Origin: an uncultured Clostridia bacterium
GTDB lineage: Bacteria > Bacillota > Clostridia > Christensenellales > UBA1242
Direction of reading: 5' to 3'
NCBI GenBank assembly: GCA_944376845.1
Contig: CALWDZ010000004.1
Span: forward strand, 13,630-77,629
Length of the DNA: 64,000 bases
Shown here: positions 46,150 through 53,662 of the stretch, piece by piece
Layout of the letters: each line of letters opens with the position of its first letter
Numbering within the stretch: the first letter of the stretch is position 1
Notes under the pieces: generated by a model
Seen by the model: only the letters and a program-made list of their open reading frames with translations
The model's database searches: none
What the model was told of the DNA's origin: nothing
Program-made: the position numbers and the translations under genes

Positions 46150-48486
46150 TTACTCCTTTGTCTTCTGTTCTTTTTTCATTTTTCTTAAATTTCTTTTTTG
46201 CTCGCGTTCTAGTTTTCTTAACTCTTTTTGGTGCTTCTTGTCTTTTTCTAATTCTAGTTTGTCTTTTTTGAGTTCTTCTGCATCAACTTTAATTGCTTCT
46301 ACATTATTGTTGTTTATTATGTTCATATAGAAGTCTTCAAGTGGCTCGCCACTATCTATGATGTCCTGTACTTTTTTCACAACTTGAAGTTGTCCTTTTT
46401 TTATAATACCAATTCTGTCACAAATACGTTCAACAACATCAATGATGTGACTTGAAAAGAACACGATGTTGCCTTCTTTTGCATGGTTTTTCATGCACTC
46501 TTTGACTTGAAATATGCTGTTTGGGTCAAGACCTGTAAGAGGCTCATCAAGTATCCACACCTTTGGGTTATGAACAAGCGCGCTCATAATTGCAATCTTT
46601 TGTTTCATACCATGTGAGTATGTCTTTATTTGATTGTCAAAAGCTCCCGTAAGTTCAAATAGTTTGACATATTTTTCTATTCTCGCATCTCTATCTTCTT
46701 TGCTAACTTCATAAAGGTCGGCAATGTAGTTTATATACTCCCTTCCCGTAAGCTTCTCATAAAGTGCGTAGTGGTCAGGAACAAAACCTATTTGTTTTTT
46801 TGCCATTGTAGGTTGAAGCTTCGCATCATATCCACAAACTTCAATTTCACCACTTGTAATTGGCTGAATACCAACAACAGTTTTTATAATTGTACTTTTT
46901 CCTGCACCGTTTGGTCCCAAGAAACCAAAAATTTCGCCACCATGCACTTCAAGATTAACATCTTTAACTGCATAGACCTCACTTTTACCATAGCGTTTTG
47001 TAAAATTGCGAAGTATCAATTTATTTGAATTTTTTTCATCTATTGGCATTGTTAACTCCTTTCCTTTAAGTTTACTTTCAAGAGCAAGCATATCTAGTTT
47101 ATATTTTTTGCGCCTTGCAGACATATCTATCATTAGGTCAAAGTAGTTGTATGACTGTTCATACAAAAACCACATACCCGCCGACAAGAACATATACACA
47201 AGCCAGAACAAAAACTGATATAATGGATAAATTGCAAATTGAACTCCCCCGAGATAAAATGATGTTTCAAAATCTCTATCTCTTAAATCTTCTGCCCACT
47301 GTCCAAGTTTTTCGGCAATGAAGTCGCTGTTGACGAAGAAAAAGTCAACATTTTTGCCAAGCCCCGTGAACCAAGCATTTAAGAACACAACTAACACAAA
47401 GTAAATTGTAAACGCCACAGCTGAGTAAATGAATTGCCTTAGCTTTGGTCTTTGATAAACTCTCAGCGCAACCATTAAAAGTGGCATAAAAAACGCCATG
47501 TAGTGATTGTTCCAAAACCTTATTGTTGCATAACTTGTAATATTTTCAACTGTGTTTGGCATTGCCATCGCCAAAAAAGCACCAAGCACATTTATGAAAA
47601 ATGTAAAATAGAATAATTTTTCCCACTTAAAAATTAAGCAAATAGGGACGATGTACATAGCAGTATTGCAAAGGTGTATTGGCCACTGTGCTGGATCAAG
47701 CCACGAAGCAAACCTTGCCCCCGCCATAAATGTGATAAGTCCACCAATAGCCAAGAACAAAAGCGCATAGCGATTTGTTTCGTCATTGTTTTTTCTGAGC
47801 GAAAAGTATATTGCAACTGGAATTATTATTGAAAAATATAAAAACACTCTGTGATAAATTGTTAAATCATCTACAATTATTGAGTCATTCAGTCTACCAA
47901 TTAAAAGTTCAGGCATATATGCTGGCATGGTTGCTACAAGCATTGCAAACAAGCTCGCAAAAAATACCCACACTTGCCTTTTTGTCCATTTAGGTGACTT
48001 GTCCATGCTCCAAACATAAAAACAACAAAATATACAAATTGCTAGTTCAAAGCACATAAGCATTGCACGGACAGAAAAAGTAGTTTGCGCATCTGCTCCA
48101 CATACACCAGTTACACTTAGGCTAAATGTAATAAGGTTTAAAACAACAATAGGTGTTGCTATCCATTTTATAAAAAAATCTCTATACTTTATTTTAAAGA
48201 AAGGATACAAGATTATAAGTAATAGTGCTATGTACATAAACCAAATGCTGAGTGCACTCATTACCGTGAAAAAGCCGTTATTAAAAAGTGATGTTTCAAG
48301 TTTTATTACGCCTTGAAGTGCTTCATTTTCCCAAAGATATCGTACCAAAAATATAAACGCTAGGATAAGCGAAACTACTTTTAAAACTATATCAATTTTA
48401 CTAGATATCTTTTTGCGACAAAAAAAGTATGTTAGACACATTGCCACAGCAAGTGTCGTAAGTATAAGATAGTAATAGCCCAGCAT
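46150..48486 (-). CDS. Fusion protein: large polytopic N-terminal membrane domain plus a C-terminal ABC ATPase with a Lys/Glu-rich tail
   Basis: Walker A GPNGAGKST, signature YSHGMKQK, Walker B VWILDEPLTGLD. About 470 hydrophobic residues precede the ATPase and contain WPIHLCNTAMY. Confidence 0.8.
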   Translation of the reverse strand: MLGYYYLILTTLAVAMCLTYFFCRKKISSKIDIVLKVVSLILAFIFLVRYLWENEALQGVIKLETSLFNNGFFTVMSALSIWFMYIALLLIILYPFFKIKYRDFFIKWIATPIVVLNLITFSLSVTGVCGADAQTTFSVRAMLMCFELAICIFCCFYVWSMDKSPKWTKRQVWVFFASLFAMLVATMPAYMPELLIGRLNDSIIVDDLTIYHRVFLYFSIIIPVAIYFSLRKNNDETNRYALLFLAIGGLITFMAGARFASWLDPAQWPIHLCNTAMYIVPICLIFKWEKLFYFTFFINVLGAFLAMAMPNTVENITSYATIRFWNNHYMAFFMPLLMVALRVYQRPKLRQFIYSAVAFTIYFVLVVFLNAWFTGLGKNVDFFFVNSDFIAEKLGQWAEDLRDRDFETSFYLGGVQFAIYPLYQFLFWLVYMFLSAGMWFLYEQSYNYFDLMIDMSARRKKYKLDMLALESKLKGKELTMPIDEKNSNKLILRNFTKRYGKSEVYAVKDVNLEVHGGEIFGFLGPNGAGKSTIIKTVVGIQPITSGEIEVCGYDAKLQPTMAKKQIGFVPDHYALYEKLTGREYINYIADLYEVSKEDRDARIEKYVKLFELTGAFDNQIKTYSHGMKQKIAIMSALVHNPKVWILDEPLTGLDPNSIFQVKECMKNHAKEGNIVFFSSHIIDVVERICDRIGIIKKGQLQVVKKVQDIIDSGEPLEDFYMNIINNNNVEAIKVDAEELKKDKLELEKDKKHQKELRKLEREQKRNLRKMKKEQKTKE

Positions 48487-48544
48487 TTATCTTTTGCTCT
48501 CCGTTTATAATTTTTTTTAGTGTAACACACTAATTTTATAATGT

Positions 48545-49264
48545 CTAGTTATTTTTTATTAGTGCCAAAAACTCAACATTTCCGTCTTTGCCTAAAATCT
48601 TAGACTTTGTAAGTTTTTTGACCAAAATACCTTTTGCTTCAAAGTCGTGTGATACACTGTCTAGTGCTAGTTTGTGATATTTTTGGTCTTTTATAACTCC
48701 GCCACACTTTTTGGCGATAGTTTTTCCGCACTCAAATTGTGGTTTTATAAGTACCACCCCAAATTTGGCAATATTTAAAAGTTTGCTTAAAACATCTGAA
48801 ATATTTGTGAGTGAAATAAAAGAAACATCGCAAACAAAGGCATCAATATCTTTAACTGTGTCTAAATTTAACTTTCTAATGTCGGTATTTGACATATCTA
48901 CGACTTTTGAGTTTGATTTTATTTTTTCATCTAATTGATTTGTTCCAACATCTAGTGCGTATACTTTTTTAGCACCATTTTTCAGGCAATAGTCACAAAA
49001 CCCACCAGTTGAAGCACCGATGTCTAAAATGGTAAGCCCACTAACGCTCAGTCCAAAATCAGAAAAAGCCCCTTCTAGTTTTTGCCCTGCACGTGAGACA
49101 TAAGAGCCACTAATGTCCACAACTATGTCATCACTCTCAGTTACATCCTGTCCGCACTTTTTTGCACTTATGCCATTGACGCACACTTTTTTTGAGCGAA
49201 TAAGTTCTTGTGCCCTGCTCCTTGTAATATTGTTAGAATTTTGTAAATAAATGTCCAATCTCAT
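48545..49264 (-). CDS. tlyA: TlyA-family rRNA 2'-O-methyltransferase
   Basis: S4-like MRLDIYLQNS..TRSRAQELIRSKKVCVNG plus an FtsJ-type SAM motif, LDIGASTGGFCDY. Confidence 0.85.
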   Translation of the reverse strand: MRLDIYLQNSNNITRSRAQELIRSKKVCVNGISAKKCGQDVTESDDIVVDISGSYVSRAGQKLEGAFSDFGLSVSGLTILDIGASTGGFCDYCLKNGAKKVYALDVGTNQLDEKIKSNSKVVDMSNTDIRKLNLDTVKDIDAFVCDVSFISLTNISDVLSKLLNIAKFGVVLIKPQFECGKTIAKKCGGVIKDQKYHKLALDSVSHDFEAKGILVKKLTKSKILGKDGNVEFLALIKNN

Positions 49265-49315
49265 ATCATTTTTAGTATACCATAAAAAATTGATACTCTC
49301 AAACAATTACTTAAG

Positions 49316-49343
49316 AGATTGTTCGCCTTTGGCTCAGAATGAC
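49316..49343 (-). repeat. Family-1 hairpin repeat unit (one stem mismatch)
   Basis: The minus strand reads GTC-ATTCT-GAG-CC-AAA-GG-CGA-ACAAT-CT. Confidence 0.65.
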
Positions 49344-49374
49344 ACAATTTTAAAGACACAATTTTTTTGTTGAT

Positions 49375-49467
49375 TTTTTAGTTTTAATATGATATATTGT
49401 TTTCCGAGCAATAAATATTGCCTTGCTTTGTTTAATCAAAGCCGTTTAGTCCAAAAGGAGGTATTGT
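49375..49467 (+). promoter_or_regulatory. rpsF promoter and structured leader (candidate S6:S18 autoregulatory leader)
   Basis: TTGATT-N17-TATATT. The leader has GCAAU/AUUGC and GCUUUG/CAAAGC hairpins and CCG triplets. A 5' UUUCC could pair with the GGAGG SD. Confidence 0.3.
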
Positions 49468-49746
49468 ATGAAGTATGAACTTATGTATATCATTTCACAA
49501 GATGCAAATGATGAACAAAAAGAAGCCCTAATTTCAAAGTTCAGTAAAATGGTTGAAGATAGAGGCGGAAAAATCCTTTCTCTTGAAAAAATTGGTATGA
49601 AAAAGTTTGCTTACCCTATCAACTTCAAAAATGAAGGCTACTATGTACTTATGACATTTGAAGCCGAACCAGTTGTTGTTGATGAAATGAACAAACTTAT
49701 GAACATCACAGAACATATTGTAAGACAGATGTTCGTCAGAAAATAA
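49468..49746 (+). CDS. rpsF: 30S ribosomal protein S6
   Basis: MKYELMYIISQD...FAYPINFKNEGYYVLMTFEA is canonical S6. Confidence 0.92.
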   Translation: MKYELMYIISQDANDEQKEALISKFSKMVEDRGGKILSLEKIGMKKFAYPINFKNEGYYVLMTFEAEPVVVDEMNKLMNITEHIVRQMFVRK

Positions 49747-49755
49747 GGAGAGAAT

Positions 49756-50157
49756 ATGAACAAGGTATTTTTAATTGGTAACTTAACGCGTGACCCAGAA
49801 CTTGCCACCACCAACAGCGGAGTTTCAGTTTGTAGATTTTCACTTGCAGTAACAAGAAATTATTCTAACTCCGATGGTGAGCGTGAAGCCGACTTTTTAA
49901 ACATAATTGTTTGGCGTGGTCAAGCAGAAAATTGCCACAAATATTTAAAAAAGGGTTCAAAATGTGCAGTTTCGGGTTCTATCCAAACACGCAGTTATGA
50001 TGCACAGGACGGCACAAAAAGGTATGTTACTGAAATAGTTGCCGACAATGTTGAATTTTTGAATTCACGTAGTCAATCAGGTGATGGTATGGAAAAACCA
50101 AAAGAAAAAGAAGTTGCAGAACTTGAGCCTGTTGACGATGATACCCTTCCATTTTAA
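49756..50157 (+). CDS. ssb: Single-stranded DNA-binding protein
   Basis: MNKVFLIGNLTRDPEL OB-fold N-terminus and an acidic DDDTLPF tail. Confidence 0.95.
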   Translation: MNKVFLIGNLTRDPELATTNSGVSVCRFSLAVTRNYSNSDGEREADFLNIIVWRGQAENCHKYLKKGSKCAVSGSIQTRSYDAQDGTKRYVTEIVADNVEFLNSRSQSGDGMEKPKEKEVAELEPVDDDTLPF

Positions 50158-50173
50158 TTAAAAGGAGAATATT

Positions 50174-50473
50174 ATGAGCGAAGAAGTTAAAGAACAAACA
50201 GCAACCCCTGTAGAAGAAGCACAGGAAGAAACAACTGTTGAAAAGAAAAAGTTTAAACGCCCTACATCTAAAAAGAAAGTTTGTGCATTTTGCGTTGACA
50301 AAACAAATGTCATTGACTATAAAGACGGTGCAAAACTTAGACGTTATATAACTGAAAATGGTAAAATACTTCCAAGACGCCAAACTGGCACTTGCAGTAA
50401 ACACCAAAGAGAACTTGCAAATGCAATTAAGCGAGCAAGAGTTATGGCTATACTCCCTTTCAAGGGTGAGTAA
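50174..50473 (+). CDS. rpsR: 30S ribosomal protein S18 (with an N-terminal extension)
   Basis: [53 protein letters not shown]. Confidence 0.95.
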   Translation: MSEEVKEQTATPVEEAQEETTVEKKKFKRPTSKKKVCAFCVDKTNVIDYKDGAKLRRYITENGKILPRRQTGTCSKHQRELANAIKRARVMAILPFKGE

Positions 50474-50485
50474 AAATCATAAATC

Positions 50486-50520
50486 AAAAAACAAGCCTAA
50501 TTTGTGACTTGTTTTTTTTT
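50486..50520 (+). terminator. Weak rho-independent terminator after rpsR
   Basis: AACAAG..CTTGTT stem followed by T9. Confidence 0.5.
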
Positions 50521-50674
50521 AGATTCTTTCTCGCCATCCGGTCATTCTAAGCATCCTCAAGTCAGTTTGAGCGGTTAAAAGTAATTCTGAACATCTTCTA
50601 GTCAGTCTAAGTATCTTTCAGCCAGTCATTCTGAGCGTCTTTCAGCCAGTCATTCTGAGCGTAGCGAAGAATCT
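50521..50674 (+). repeat. Head-to-tail array of six family-1 units and half-units (20-26 nt each)
   Basis: Units start at 50541, 50561, 50581, 50601, 50625 and 50649. Each begins GT[CA]A[TG]T[CT]T[AG]A[AG]. Only the last unit (50649-50674, GTCATTCTGAGCGTAGCGAAGAATCT) has the 3' arm. Confidence 0.85.
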
Positions 50675-50807
50675 ATAAAAATTTGAAACCCTCACAATTT
50701 TTAAGATTAGAATTTTTAACTTTGGTTATAATTAATATATAAGATTTTATCTGTCAAAGTCTGTCAAAAAAAATTTAAAAAATTTTTAAAAAATTGGCAC
50801 TTTCTTG

Positions 50808-50836
50808 TTGACATTGCTAGCAGGCAGAGTTATAAT
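50808..50836 (+). promoter_or_regulatory. Consensus sigma-A promoter of hsp20
   Basis: TTGACA-N17-TATAAT, a perfect match. An A/T-tract UP-like region lies upstream. Confidence 0.8.
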
Positions 50837-50841
50837 ATGCT

Positions 50842-50857
50842 TGCATTTAAAAATGCA
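50842..50857 (+). promoter_or_regulatory. Palindrome at the hsp20 transcription start / 5' UTR (operator or RNA hairpin abutting the SD)
   Basis: TGCATTT-AA-AAATGCA lies directly before GGAGG. An extended pairing CUUGCAUUU/AAAUGCAGG would cover the first GG of the SD. Confidence 0.45.
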
Positions 50858-50870
50858 GGAGGTAAATTTT

Positions 50871-51296
50871 ATGAAAGATTTAATTTCAAGAAATAATAAC
50901 AGTTTTGATTTGTGGGATCCTTTTTCGGACTTTTTTGACATCCCTCGCCCAAGACATGATAGAGAGTTTAACAACCTTATGAGAACGGATATCAAAGAAA
51001 ACGACAATGGATATGAACTAGAAGTTGACTTGCCAGGCTTTAAAAAAGAAGATATTTCTGTTGACATCAACAACGGCTATTTGACAATAACCGCACAAAA
51101 GAAAGATGAGCACGAAGATCATGGCAAACACCACTACATCAGAAAAGAAAGATATTATGGTAGCGCTCAAAGAAGTTTTTATGTTGGCGACATAAAAGAA
51201 GAAGACATAAGTGCTAAACTTGAGAATGGCACTCTCTCAATTACCATTCCAAAAGAAAAGCCAGTCGAGACCAAAAAGCGCATTGAAATTAAATAA
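50871..51296 (+). CDS. Hsp20/alpha-crystallin family small heat shock protein
   Basis: DIKENDNGYELEVDLPGFKKEDISVDINNGYLTITAQK alpha-crystallin core. I chose the ATG at 50871 behind GGAGG. The track start lies upstream of the promoter. Confidence 0.9.
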   Translation: MKDLISRNNNSFDLWDPFSDFFDIPRPRHDREFNNLMRTDIKENDNGYELEVDLPGFKKEDISVDINNGYLTITAQKKDEHEDHGKHHYIRKERYYGSAQRSFYVGDIKEEDISAKLENGTLSITIPKEKPVETKKRIEIK

Positions 51297-51307
51297 CTTT
51301 TGGTTAT

Positions 51308-51343
51308 AAAAAAATTCACCGATTACAAACGGTGAATTTTTTT
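51308..51343 (+). terminator. Rho-independent terminator after hsp20
   Basis: ATTCACCG-ATTACAAA-CGGTGAAT followed by T7. Confidence 0.85.
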
Positions 51344-51354
51344 GTATTGCGTGG

Positions 51355-51380
51355 GTCACCCTGAGTAAAGTCGAAGGGTC
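51355..51380 (+). repeat. Family-1 hairpin repeat unit
   Basis: GTC-ACCCT-GAG-TAAAGT-CGA-AGGGT-C. Confidence 0.75.
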
Positions 51381-51385
51381 TTGAA

Positions 51386-51417
51386 ATCCTCACGTCGCTA
51401 ACGCTCCGCAGAATGAC
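51386..51417 (-). repeat. Family-1 hairpin repeat unit (degenerate G-A motif)
   Basis: The minus strand reads GTC-ATTCT-...-AGGAT, with one U-G pair in the stem. Confidence 0.55.
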
Positions 51418-51424
51418 TGGGCGT

Positions 51425-51468
51425 GTCATCCTGAGAACTGCTTCCCTGACGGCTTTGCTCAGAATGAC
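51425..51468. repeat. Inverted pair of family-1 5' arms
   Basis: GTCATCCTGAG-N22-CTCAGAATGAC. Confidence 0.7.
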
Positions 51469-51480
51469 GCGAGGCGTGGT

Positions 51481-51508
51481 GTCTTTTCAAGCGTAAGCGA
51501 GAAAATCT
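51481..51508 (+). repeat. Family-1 hairpin repeat unit
   Basis: GTC-TTTTC-AAG-CGTAAG-CGA-GAAAA-TCT. Confidence 0.65.
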
Positions 51509-51511
51509 AAA

Positions 51512-51546
51512 AGATTCTTCGAACGACAGATAAAACTCAGAACGAC
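51512..51546 (-). repeat. Family-1 hairpin repeat unit
   Basis: The minus strand reads GTC-GTTCT-GAG-...-CGA-AGAAT-CT, with one G-U pair. Confidence 0.7.
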
Positions 51547-51555
51547 AAAATGTTG

Positions 51556-51599
51556 AGATTCTTCGCAGGTCGACGCGTTGGAGTATGACTCAGAATGAC
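51556..51599 (-). repeat. Family-1 hairpin repeat unit
   Basis: The minus strand reads GTC-ATTCT-GAG-N23-CGA-AGAAT-CT. Confidence 0.75.
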
Positions 51600-51638
51600 A
51601 GACAACACAACGTGTCTTATAGAGCGAAGCGTGACATC

Positions 51639-52802
51639 TCATAACAATAGTTTTGAAACCGCCAAAACATCACTTCTTGTTGCAAATGCCGAGAGTCGTA
51701 TATAACCTTCACCCCACTCACCAAAACCACTACCTGGAACGCATACTATTCCCTTACCAAGTAGATATTCAAAATACTGCCAAGAGTTTTGCGAAGTTGG
51801 AATTTTTACCCAAATATATGGCGAATTGTTGGAGGACACAAACTCAAAATTAAGGTCTTTTAAGTATTTTTTCAATATTTTTACATTTTTTTTATAATAA
51901 TTTATGTTTTTTTGACATATTTTTTGTCCTTCGCTTGAAAGTGCAAAAAGTGCACCTTTTTGAATATGGTAAGGAACGCCATTAAAAAAAGTACATTGAT
52001 GTCTTAGCCACATTTTGTTAATATTTTGGCTTTGTCTAATTAAATTTTGAGGCACAATTGTAAAACTACATCTAAGGTTTGTGAAACCAGCAGATTTTGA
52101 AAAACTAGAAATTTCAATGGCACAAGTTTTTGCACCTTCAACTTCGTAAATAGATTTTGGAGAATTGTCTTCTATAAAACTTTCATAGGCGTTATCAAAA
52201 AGTATAATGGACTGAGTTTTATTTGCAAAATCTACCCATTGTTTTAGTTCATCATAGTTGAGCGTTGCACCTGTTGGGTTATTTGGTGAACATATATATA
52301 TTAAATAACTACGATTTTCCGCTATGCCATATGGCAACATTTTATAGTTGTTTTGTTTTGAAAGTGGCAAAAGTAGAACATCATTTCCACAAAGTTTGTT
52401 ACTATCAAGATACGCCGGGTATGTAGGGTCCGCAATCACCGCCGTCACATTTTTAAATAAATTTAAAATGTTAGTAACATCACAACCAGCGCCATTACTG
52501 ATAAAAATTTCGTCATTTAAAACAGAAATATCATTTTCTTCATATTTTTTTACTATGGCTTTTTTTAAAAAATCATAGCCAGTTTCAGGCGGATATCCTT
52601 TAAAAGTACTTTTATTCGTTTGCTCATAAAGTGCATTTGTCATAACTTCAACTAATCTTTTATCCATTGGACGTGTAATGTCGCCTATACCAAGATTTAA
52701 TATTCTTTTATTTGGATGTTTCTGTTTAAAATCTGAAACTCTTTTACTTATTTCGGTAAACACATAATTTTTTTGCGACAAATAATTTTCATTTATCTTC
52801 AT
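51639..52802 (-). CDS. dapL: LL-diaminopimelate aminotransferase
   Basis: MKINENYLSQKNYVFTEISKRV...ILNLGIGDITRP N-terminus and the PLP-lysine context SFSKSAGFTNLR. I chose the ATG at 52802. It overlaps the dapF end by 14 nt. Confidence 0.85.
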   Translation of the reverse strand: MKINENYLSQKNYVFTEISKRVSDFKQKHPNKRILNLGIGDITRPMDKRLVEVMTNALYEQTNKSTFKGYPPETGYDFLKKAIVKKYEENDISVLNDEIFISNGAGCDVTNILNLFKNVTAVIADPTYPAYLDSNKLCGNDVLLLPLSKQNNYKMLPYGIAENRSYLIYICSPNNPTGATLNYDELKQWVDFANKTQSIILFDNAYESFIEDNSPKSIYEVEGAKTCAIEISSFSKSAGFTNLRCSFTIVPQNLIRQSQNINKMWLRHQCTFFNGVPYHIQKGALFALSSEGQKICQKNINYYKKNVKILKKYLKDLNFEFVSSNNSPYIWVKIPTSQNSWQYFEYLLGKGIVCVPGSGFGEWGEGYIRLSAFATRSDVLAVSKLLL

Positions 52803-53574
52803 AAAACACTCCGTCAAACACATACTTACACGAACCAGTCATTATTATGTTATCGCCAACATCTATTTCAAGTTTCCCACCGTCTTGACAAACCATAACA
52901 TTATCGCCTGTTAAACCCTCACTCTTTGCAGTATAAGCACTGGCACAAGCACCACTTCCGCATGCAAGCGTAAATCCACTCCCCCTTTCACACACTTTAA
53001 CAAAAAGAGCATCATCTTTGCATACTGCTACATCCACATTTATTCCATTTTCAAAGCAAGGCAAATTTTGAATAGCACTGCATAATTTTTGCACATCAAA
53101 ACAAAAATCTTTGACAAAAGTCACGCAATGCAAGTTTCCAACATCAACAATATACAATTTATATTTTTGACCTTTAAAAGTTAAAATTTTGGTATCTAGC
53201 ATATTTGCCTTGCCCATATTTACACTGACAGTAGCAAAATCACCTTCAATATTTTGTATTTGACAATATAAAATCTTTTCTCCACTTTCAATACTTATGC
53301 TATATTTATTTAACTTTTTTCCAATATAAAAAGCAACACATCTTGTAGCATTGCCACAAAGCGTAGCAGGACTTGCATCACAATTGTAAATTTTCATCTT
53401 TACATCTGCGACTTTTGAATTGCTTATGACTATCACTCCATCACCACCAACTCCAAAGTGACGGTCACAAATCTTCTTGATTATCTTTTTTGATATGGCA
53501 TTATTTTTTGAACTTAGATTGTCAATAAAAATATAGTCGTTGCCAACTCCATTCATTTTAAAAAATTTTATCAT
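52789..53574 (-). CDS. dapF: Diaminopimelate epimerase
   Basis: FFKMNGVGNDYIFID, GNATRC and ERGSGFTLACGSGACA motifs. Confidence 0.9.
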   Translation of the reverse strand: MIKFFKMNGVGNDYIFIDNLSSKNNAISKKIIKKICDRHFGVGGDGVIVISNSKVADVKMKIYNCDASPATLCGNATRCVAFYIGKKLNKYSISIESGEKILYCQIQNIEGDFATVSVNMGKANMLDTKILTFKGQKYKLYIVDVGNLHCVTFVKDFCFDVQKLCSAIQNLPCFENGINVDVAVCKDDALFVKVCERGSGFTLACGSGACASAYTAKSEGLTGDNVMVCQDGGKLEIDVGDNIIMTGSCKYVFDGVFYEDK

Positions 53575-53662
53575 AATAATATATATTAAAAATGTTAAAA
53601 AATGTTGAAATTTGCTATTGACTATTTCTTTAGTCTAAGTTAAAATCACTATCGGTGAAAAT

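Noticed and set aside
50761-50870. CIRCE (TTAGCACTC-N9-GAGTGCTAA), CtsR or HAIR operator upstream of hsp20.
   Set aside because: None of these consensus sequences is present. Only the TGCATTT-AA-AAATGCA palindrome is seen.
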